DNA of 64,000 bases. It comes from Lingula anatina (lineage: Eukaryota > Animalia > Brachiopoda). The notes under the pieces were generated by a model that saw only the letters and a program-made list of their open reading frames with translations, ran no database searches and was not told where the DNA came from. The stretch covers positions 27,466,001 through 27,530,000 of the forward strand of contig CM120642.1 of NCBI GenBank assembly GCA_051362555.1, read 5' to 3'. A program made the position numbers and the translations under genes. Of this stretch, positions 54,230 to 64,000 are shown in pieces. Position 1 is the stretch's first letter. Each line of letters begins with the position of its first letter.

Positions 54230-55365
54230 TAAAACTAAGGGTGGTTTACTAAGGATTTTATCAGCTGAAAGCCAAATTGAGGCAAGTTTAACCCTGTGCT
54301 TGGGAAACACAATCAGCATTTTTCTCCTTTTTAAAAGGTTAAAAAAGAAAAACAGTCAAAATTGAAAGGCCCTGGCCAGCACACTGGAGAAACCCCTGGT
54401 AATTGTTTCCATTGTTTGCTGATAGCATAAACACATTAATAGCCATTAACAAATCAAATGTTAATTATTTTACAATACAATGAAATAATAAAAAGAGCAG
54501 GAAACCATCTGCTACCCTGAGTTTTGCAGTGATGAAAACAGTTGACAGGACTAAAAGAAAGGCACGCAACCCACAGCAGTTTTAAAGGTCTCTTGGGCTA
54601 GATCACAAATCTCTCATACAAATACTAGTACTACATTCTCACTTCCATGCAACCCAGGGTGCCCCTGCTATGAGGCTGTCATGCCAAGCATGGTAACCTG
54701 ATCTGTAGAGTAATCTATAGCAAAATACTGGAGTCTTCACCTCTGAGACAGTGCTGTTTTTATAGCAGCAAATTTCTATTGTGACTGGGCTTTCTCAAAA
54801 TTGGTCAGTGAAAATAGGCACTTTAAACACATATTGTCCTTTTTCTTTCTGTATTTCTAAGAAAAGCTGGTAAAACAATGCATTCAAACATTTTGTATTT
54901 ATATTGACATTTAAGATCCATGTTGACTTTTGTTTAATGTAAACAGTTATTGTTTCAATAACATAATATTTATTCAAAAAGAGATTGAATTAAGAATTAA
55001 ACTTACATAATAAACAAATACTGAAAAAGGAATGACGCATGAAAAATGGTGATAATACTTTTATGTGAAGAACAATGAAACATAAAAAGTTCAGATTCAC
55101 CAAACTTTTTTTCTGGCAGAATTCTTTTCTTGTCCACCCTTACTCTGAGGACAGAACTGTTTGTTTTACCACTTTTACGATGAGACTTTGACATATTGCA
55201 AATAAAACATCACTGCATGTTTGCTAATCTTTCTCTGAGATTAACTTTTAACTGTCAAATATATAAGGATACACCAGGACTTAAAATTACCCTAATAACA
55301 GGTGATAAATCTCTTACAAGGTGTTGTGTTTTGCCTCCCTCCTTGAGCTTTGCATTTCCCCCTCA

Positions 55366-55401
<36 letters not shown>

Positions 55402-58400
55402 CCAAACCTCACTCTTTATCAGCAGGAACAATGGAGACAGCACAACTTCCAATGTCAATAAGTCAAGAAGGAAATTTGATTGCAATCACAATGTTATAGT
55501 TATTTTTCAGTTAACCAATCTTAATCACTCAATAATTAATCAATTGATAAAATTCAACCAATTAATTAATGCTTATATTAGACTGATGGTTGGGTGTAGT
55601 CAATATGTCTACCTGGAGTTAGTCTATAAACAGTTTTAGTTAAAACCTTTCTGAATGTGATCATATGTATTGCCTGATACCAGCAAGTACACAGAATATT
55701 TGGGAGATGAACTCTCAACCTCCAATTACTGATCAATCTTCATCAATTCTCTCATACAAAAACATATCAGGTTCACTTAACTTTTGATCATTATACCAAT
55801 GCATGTGTCAGCATTGAAAACCTGCATCACATTTGACAGCTCTCGAGCAGCTGAAACTAGTAGATGCAGATATACCACGCAAACCAAACTTGAGTTTATT
55901 TACTATTTGCTTGTGTCAAAAACCTTTATCAACTACCACAGGAGAAACATGTTTGGAATACATGCAAACAACACAATATTATTGGGATCATTAAAAAAAG
56001 AGTAAAAAAAAATGGTGAAAGCTTGGTGTGCAGTGACGACAGGCGACCATAAACATGACAACCAAGAGGATTTGTTGCTGCTTAAGGTCATGTCAACTTC
56101 GCTAGAATGGCATTTATTGTTATTAAATTGGTCCTGCTGAAAAACCATACCTCTGTTGATATTAATTCTAAGCAGGCAGACCTTAGCAGACATCTTAAAC
56201 CAATGATTATGTACTGAAAGCACCATGCGGCCATTTTTTTTTTGTCTGCAACGTGTGTTTAGTAATTGTAACTGTGGAAAGCATATAAATAACTTTTTCT
56301 TTCCCCTTTTAAAACATGTTACGCAAGTTTACACCTCTATTTGGTCTTGTCACTCAGTTTGTACTTCTAATTTAGGGGAAATTTAAGACACATGCACTTT
56401 TTTCTCTTCTGGGCGAATTTGATTAGTTTCAATAGTTTTGATTGAAGTTTATTTTATCAAATAAGTTGATCTAGTTCAGCGAAGAGAGTTCTTATTTTAT
56501 TATGTTTTTTATATTTTTGCTTCTATAAATTATATCCAGTAAAAACCTATAGATATCATGACCTTAGATAAGTTGGTAAATTTTTTCAAACCTTTCTTGT
56601 TGTTGTTGGCCTACATAAGACAAAGACACACTTACAACAGTTATTCTTCCTTCTTTAAGGCTCTGTTTTGTTCCCTCTTCGCCAAAACCTAAATCCATAA
56701 ATCAATTAAGTTATGAAGAAATGCTTTTAATACTGCTACTTGCTGTCAAATAAATTGTAAAGTATACTCTTTACAACAACGGTATATAAATATTCTGGAT
56801 ATTACATTTCAACAGACAAAACAAGGAGGAATTTTGTTTTTATTAGTGTAGTCATTATTTTTCATTGTTTCTTGGGACAGACACGTCTGGCTGTCATGTG
56901 TATTACAGAGTGACACGAGACACTTTTTTGATGACACGTGTTTATTTACTTTTGTCAGGAGAGGGAGTCACGTTAAAGAATTCCCTCAACAATTAGCTCT
57001 GACCCATAAAAAAATTAGCGGAAGATATCAAGTAAATTCTGAAAGAAAAATTCTAAACAGTTTATAAATGCTTCAAGCGAAGTCTCATGTAAAGGCATTT
57101 AAAAGCTTATTTAAGCTGCACTCTGGGTATGCGCATGACAAAAAAGTGACATTTTGCCAAATTTTAGGCGGCATAGACTTTATGTAATGTAACATGCAAT
57201 TCAGTCAGAAAAAAAGGATGATTTATCTTCTGACACCTGAACCTTGTCCATTGCTCTATGTTCACACATACATCATAATATATGGAGACTGTGGCCCGAA
57301 AGACCTTGTGTAATATTATTCCACTCAAAGCAAAACATATGACAATAAAGGCTCACTAGGAGTATAATCTAAGTGCCAGCGGAGACTGTTGGCATTTATA
57401 GGTATTGTGCTAAAAGGACACAGCTTGCTCCCATACCAGATACCCGTGATCTGTCCACATAAATCCTCTCCTGCTGGGGTATTGCGTTGTACTGGGGAAA
57501 TGGCGTAACAGTCCCCTGTGACTAACTGAAAAACCTCCATCATCCTCCCCCCCCCTACACTTTGAACTTCTCCCAAGAGCAGCCACAAAACTTTTATTGT
57601 TGGTTTACTAATTCTTGAAGAGGAGATTTCACAGGCGACACATTTCTCATTCGGTATCAGTTGCTTTCTGACCACCACTGTTTCACAGACTACAGAATTC
57701 ATTCATCATATTTGCCAAGTATTGTGGCAGTGCTATATATACTAATAAATGGGGACCTTTTTTCTCGTTTGCTATATAATTTGTCTTCTCACCCTTGCTC
57801 ATTTATACAGACTATGGGATAGCTTGACTAAAGGTCCCTTGTCCGGAGTTCCCTCCTGTACATGACACTTTGTTCACAAAAAGTGCAAAATCGATTTAAA
57901 CCCCATAAAACTACACCCCTTTTCTTATCTGATACCATCTGTCTTCTGACAATTGTTCTTCAACAGACGCAAAAGTTTTCCGACTAAATGTTTTTTTTTG
58001 TCCAGTACTCTTCACCTGACCACCACACCTTCTCCATGACAAGGTTTCAATGGACTGAATAAATCCATAAAATATATACCAGACAACCTGCCAACCTCTG
58101 ACCGTTCATTGCTGCACTGAAAGTCTTCAGTGAAGCACCAAATGAACGAAACCTGTAATTTTGTGCCATCTGTCTTCTTGCCATTGCTCTCTTACAGTAT
58201 TTCACACACTCGAGTGTCAGAAGTGTTTTGTCCAACAATTTCCTTTTATGGTACTTAACAACAACAAAGTCTGGTAACTTAGATGATGTGAGCAATTTCA
58301 AAGGTGTGCTCAGTTTACTGTCAGTGTAAGGTAAACAGTGCACCATCTGTCTGAGAATTTTTATCATGTGAATTAAAAATGTATGCACGAAAGCACATGT

Positions 58401-61400
58401 ACACAAACATACACACAAAAATTTACTTAATTAAATTGACAGAATCAGAAATCTTGTACTTTCATGATATATATATAACAGTCATTATTTTTTTCATTTG
58501 AGTGATTTTTGTGCTGTTATGTTTGATAATAAACATGGATTTTGTTATAAAAAGCCATAGAAGTTTTTACACATATGAAAAATAAAAAGATTTCGTGGTG
58601 TGCATTGCTCATACAAAGACTGCATTTTCCTTTCCAATCTGTAACCCTAGAACTGCACCAATACTGTCCCTTCCTATCTTTTATTTTTTTCAGTCCAAAG
58701 AACTCATCTTCTCCTTTTAAAGGAACACTTATGACACTCATAACAGTCCGGAGTTAGATTTATTATCCCTGATACAAAACTCTCTGGTTCCACTTGGTTG
58801 TACTTTGTCTCTTCACTCTTGTGAAGTGTCTATTACATGTGCAGACCCAAACACAGAACATTTTTTAAAAATCTATTTCACATGGCTCCAATTTAGTAAA
58901 ACTGTGTAAATTGGTCAAAATTACTTTCATATGTATTCCGTAGGAGACTGTGCAGGGCTTTATTAAGTTGATGGTTATTTTTTTCCCCTTGCTTCCAAAT
59001 TTTTTTTTGGTAAAATGAAATTTTATCAAAATGTATTCCATGTGTGCTCTGTAAGGTGTTCTTTCTTTATTTGACAAGACTTGTAGTCAAGCAGTGAAGA
59101 AGAAAATAGCAAAAGGCAATGTTCTCCACAAAGATGTGTGACTTTAATAAGTTGACCACAGATGCTGTTTCACTTTAAGTTGAAAAAAAAGAAAAACAAC
59201 AACAACCAATTCAAGGTCACAAAACCTAACATGACCCCTAGGCATAATGTATGAAGTTAATCTTTTTTCAACTGCATAATAAAATGAAAATATTTTTAGT
59301 ATGCTAAAGCAGCTTGAAAATCATATCCATCCAGATATTTTACACTTATAAACAAGACAAAAAAAAAAAAAAAATACACAAATGACAAATGTCCTATGAG
59401 ATTGAACAAATAAATTACACAGAAAGATAAATGTTCAAATAATGAAGACTTTCTTACATATGTGAAAAGCAAAGCTTTTATTGATCAAGCACAAAATTGA
59501 GGTGGGGTAATACATATAGGATCAAGTAGATTCCTCTTCATGTTAAACAGCAATGGGATCTTCTGATGAGGGTCTGCCAGGTACTTCACACACTGCCCTT
59601 TAAGTAAGTTTGTGTTTGGATTGGCAGAGGCTTCTTACTTAAGATGAGCATCCAAAAGAAAAAAAAAAAAAAACTAAACAATTTTTCTCTACTCAGTAAA
59701 GATTATCAAAAGCAGTACGTGACATGCTAACCTCAAAACACACATATGGGACTGAATAAAAAATTAGATTCCTCATTTCTCACCATACATCTGACAAAAA
59801 TACACAAACAGTCATTTCTTCAGTATGGTGAGGCATTTCACAGCATATTACTCATGCAAAATGCCAATATTTATCCTTTTCAAATGCACATGTATCACTG
59901 CAATATATGATTGGCCAAGGTGGCTCATAACTCAGCCAACTCTACAGCTTCACAAAAAACTTTTTTTCCCTGATACGGCCAATATGATATGCCTTTTTCT
60001 TTAAAGCAGAGATGTAAAACTTAAGGCGCATTCAATCTACATTCCACATATGAATAATCTTAAGGATGTATTTACACGGAAATTATGTCAATCCTTCTCA
60101 AATTGACCCCCTCTCTGTGGGCCCCCTGACTAAGGTAAGCAGTACCTATCTCCACTGTAAACACATCCTAACTGATGTGACCAAATGGCAAGATAATATA
60201 AGATCCTAAACTGTATCGAAAAAAAAAAAAAAAAGCAATCCAGCTGTCTGATGATGTTAATTTATTTAGTGGATTAGTGGACTGCTATCGATTTGTTTCG
60301 TTTTCGTATAAACCAAGTTTCAGGATAAGATTCTCTTGTGACCCCCCCCCCCCCCCCCCCAATATTAACACATGTTACGCTATTTCCAAAATACAAAGAA
60401 AATAGGGAAAAAAGTTCCCACAGTTTTCTTTTTTACAATCTCAACTTTTTGCCATATCTGACTGGAAATGTTGTCTTTTCTGACCATAATGTATCACATA
60501 AATTGTGTGTTATCGGCCCATGTAAAGGCAACTACCCATAACCTGTCTGCCAACATATTATCCCTGTTAAACTTGAACCATGGAGCTCAAATAAACCGTC
60601 TGGCTATCAATCTTACTGTTGATGTAATGGTTAAACAACCAAAAAATAAACAACAATTCATTTGAAAATCATGTTTCCAGACGTTCTAGTACTTCAACTT
60701 GTTTTTTTTTCTTCTGTTAAATGTTAACATGTATGATGCACCAAAAGACATAAATGAAAGGTGAAAAAACCAGTACTCAGTCAAATAAAGTCTGACTTAT
60801 GGATTTGTTTGTCACGGTGAATGAACTTTTAGGAAAGGTATCTATTCCTGCTTTTTACCAATTCATGCAGAACAAATCTTTTTAAAAGCACATACTTTCA
60901 CAGATCTTATAAAAAGTATTCATCTACTGATCAAGTAGTGTTACCATGAGTGTTGTGTATCTTTTTTTACTATTTTACTCAGAGCATTTACACTTACATC
61001 TTGGGTAAGGCTGAAGTCAACAGTACTTATGCACGCTCTCTTTAAATTTGTGATTAATAAGGAAATCAGGTATAAATAGAGGTAAAATGTTACAAATCAC
61101 TACCTCTTAACTGCTTAATCTCTGGTGAATAAAAAGCAACATTTAATGATGAGGACTAGAATCAACAGGTTCTATTTTATGCTATAGCATCGATCACGAT
61201 AAGGTAGCGCAACTGTCGTGACGAGGTCAGAATTTATCTCTTCCCATGACCCCAGAATCTTCATTCAAACATCATTTTATTGAGAAAACCCAATATCCAT
61301 GCTAGGGGCCTTAATTCAAATGACAGGAACTGATAAAGTGGATCACACTTTACGGTCTACATCGAACACACATTGCAGCCAAAAATTCATGACAATATGC

Positions 61401-61627
61401 CCCGGGATATGTATTGCTGTGCAGCTCAGCACTGGGTCCCCCTAGAGTGAATTCTTTGGTTCCCACAGTGAAGTCTTCAGGTTCTGTTGCTAACCTTCCA
61501 TATTCTATTGTTGAAAATATCCCCCCTCAGTGCTTACTAATATCATAGCTGAAGGCTCCACTTGGATCCCTCGTAGTTCTCCATAACCATAGCAAAGCAA
61601 AGTAAAGCACAGGATGTTAAGATGTAA

Positions 61628-61853
61628 GGGTGCTTTCCCAGAGATTTAGATCGATCTAAAGATTAAGATTTAGATCGACCTAACTCCTTGGGGGTTCACG
61701 TTAAATTGCAGTCAGCCGAGCGGGCATCATAGTTAATTACCCCCTTACAGCTTTTAGTAGGCAGGACAGACGCTTAAGCCTGCCAAGCTGACAGTAATCT
61801 AGTGAGACTCCCCACAGGGATAGATCGATCTAAAAATCTATGGAAATGGGGTG
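61628..61853. mobile_element. PIF/Harbinger MITE, family A (inverted copy)
   Basis: 226 bp with TAA TSD at 61625-61627 and 61854-61856. Reverse complement of 8100-8325 with a few substitutions. Confidence 0.85.
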
Positions 61854-62153
61854 TAAGACAAGGTGCCTGTAAACTCTTACACGCACATGAATACATATAC
61901 ATGCATGCGAAAAAGAGAAAAGGATTTAAAGAAGCAAAGGAGGAGAAAAATAAAAGGAGAGGAAAGAAAAAGAAAGACCAAAGAAGAATTGTGAAAAAAT
62001 ATTTTATTTGATACTAGCATGATTTTTACAACAGGCTATTGGACCTAAAAACTAAATAACAAATAAATGCCATTTCAGTATGTAGAAGTGATAAAATCTA
62101 CACGATTAAGAAAGATTTGTAGTGTTGGACATGAAGATCACATAGGTGTCTAA

Positions 62154-62340
62154 GAGTGCATTCCCATAGATTTAGATCGATCCGTCTAAATCGACCTAAC
62201 TCCCTGGGGGTTTACGCTAAATTGCTGCCAGCTGAGTATGCACGGTAGTTAATTACCCCTTTATAGCTTTTAGTAGGCGGGGACAGACATTTAAGCTCCC
62301 CACAGGGATAGATCGATCTAAAATCTGTGGGAATGGTGTC
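62154..62340. mobile_element. PIF/Harbinger MITE, family A (internally deleted copy)
   Basis: TAA flanks and a shared core (tcgacctaactccctggg, gttaattacccc, ctccccacagggatagatcgatctaaaatc). Confidence 0.8.
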
Positions 62341-64000
62341 TAATCTAGCTAAGCCTGGACATGTTGCTGATTCCAGGTCTGATGTTTGAGTCAATAATGC
62401 CATGATCTCTTTGTCAATATTGCCCCTGTGACTTCATAAATGTTATCAAGAAGAGGTTTATCAGACCTACAGCAAGTGGAGTCATTCTGAAGTGCTAAGA
62501 TCAGATAGCAGTGATAAAAACTGTCAAAATGTCCAGTCAAGATGTCATTTTGTCTCTAGTGTTAACAATTTGTCTTTGACATGATGGCAACATGGCATAT
62601 AGGGCATGGTATGGTGAGGAGGGGGGGGGATGGGGGTGAGAAGGGGAAGGGGAAGTACCATTATACAAACATATACTATGATGAAATAAAGATACCATAT
62701 ATGCACAGTGCCTCTCTGCTTTCTCGACTTATTTTCAAATAATCTCCTTATCTCTAAAATATAGCAGTTAATAAATTTCTCTTTTTTTCTGCAAAATGGC
62801 AATGCCATGGTTTACCCGGCACCATAAGTGCTCTACAAAGAATGCGAAACTTGGGTGGGCTCCAAACATTGAATATTCATGTTTCCAGTTATGTATCTGT
62901 CTGACTCTGAATACAATGAGGAATATTTCAGACACGCAACTTCCCTGTCCCACGTACAGGTGGAATGGTTTTCCTTCACAATTGTGAAAAATAAGTGTGT
63001 GTGTGTGCGCACGCGCATTTGTGCACACATGCATGTGAACATATACATATGCACACAACTTTTTACTGTCGCCTACAATACATTCTGCTGATATCACCAC
63101 ATTTTTCTGCAAGATGCTTCACAACCACTGTTTGCTCTCTGCATTACCCCTTGCAGAAACCTTTTGTGGTACCTGCAAGATGCAATGCAGTCAACTCATT
63201 TACTCAAGTCTTATTGTATAGCAAATTTTAGATTTAGTTTCATGTCCATTACAACATTATACCAGATGCTAAAATTTTCATTCAGTAAGTATTCCAATCA
63301 AGTGTCTTCTTCCATAACTTAGAAGCAAAACTTTTTTATCATTGAAGGCAATCTAAGTGCAACTTTAGGCCTCGATGTTGTTATTCATGGTCATTGCTGT
63401 CTCTTGATTGCTCTCCTGCAGTGTGTGGTATAAATGTGATAGCATGGGTTAATTGTCACGTAGCTAAGCAAGCCCACTGATTATCAGCAATGCATTGACA
63501 CAGATGGAGTCTGAGTGGGAGAGAGGATGTAAACATCACCAAAACCTCTCCTGGTTAGCAGTGATATTTTGAAGGTGGTTTGGTGGGTGACGGGGGGTGG
63601 GTGGGGGTGGGGGTATGATACACAAATGTATGCCTGTCATCCAAAGTTTCAGAGATTCTGAAAAAATACATGTAAACACCGCTGTTGTTGTCTGCAACAG
63701 CATAAGGTTAGATCCAATGACATCTCAACAGGGTGATGCATGTTTGTGAACTCAGGGTGATATATTGCAAATTGCGATTTATGCCGTACTTGGGATAGAC
63801 AGATTCTGGAATTAGTGCACAGGAGGATGGGCATCCTTCGCACCTGTCATATAATGTGTGATCATTACTGGTCAGTGACCACCATGTATGTAAAGACTGG
63901 AAAGCCTCGGAGCTAATTTTGTGTGCCCCCCAGTATGAGAGGTCAGGGTACGCAAACACTAAAACTACCTCTAATGCAAAAGTGCCCAGAGTATGTCCAA

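Noticed and set aside
58047-58418. 123-aa minus-strand ORF as an upstream ARHGEF17 exon
   Set aside because: No recognisable homology and weak splice sites; cannot be supported without RNA data.
63649-63959. Short minus-strand ORFs at the window end
   Set aside because: No recognisable domain and no convincing splice pattern.

Overview
AT-rich, intron-rich eukaryotic genomic DNA from an animal (probably a mollusc or other lophotrochozoan; this is inferred from gene and repeat style). Five protein-coding genes were reconstructed by reading splice sites: a single-coding-exon GT31 beta-1,3-galactosyltransferase (+), a 10-exon GH18 chitinase with two CBM14 domains (+), a 9-exon cathepsin O (-) arranged head-to-head only 60 bp from 5-exon RPS3 (+), and the 3' part (19 exons) of an ARHGEF17-like RhoGEF (-) whose upstream exons were not found. 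Introns and intergenic DNA hold many MITEs and Helentron-type (HINE) elements with internal tandem repeats. One of these contains a very young, internally deleted Ty3/Gypsy LTR element (50331-52393). The standout observation is in this LTR element. It has TA...TA ends and no tRNA-type PBS. Instead, the 15 nt after the 5' LTR are the exact reverse complement of the exon-exon junction made by splicing a 120-nt GT-AG intron inside the LTR, which suggests splicing-dependent self-priming of reverse transcription. All comparisons were made by eye; no database searches were run.
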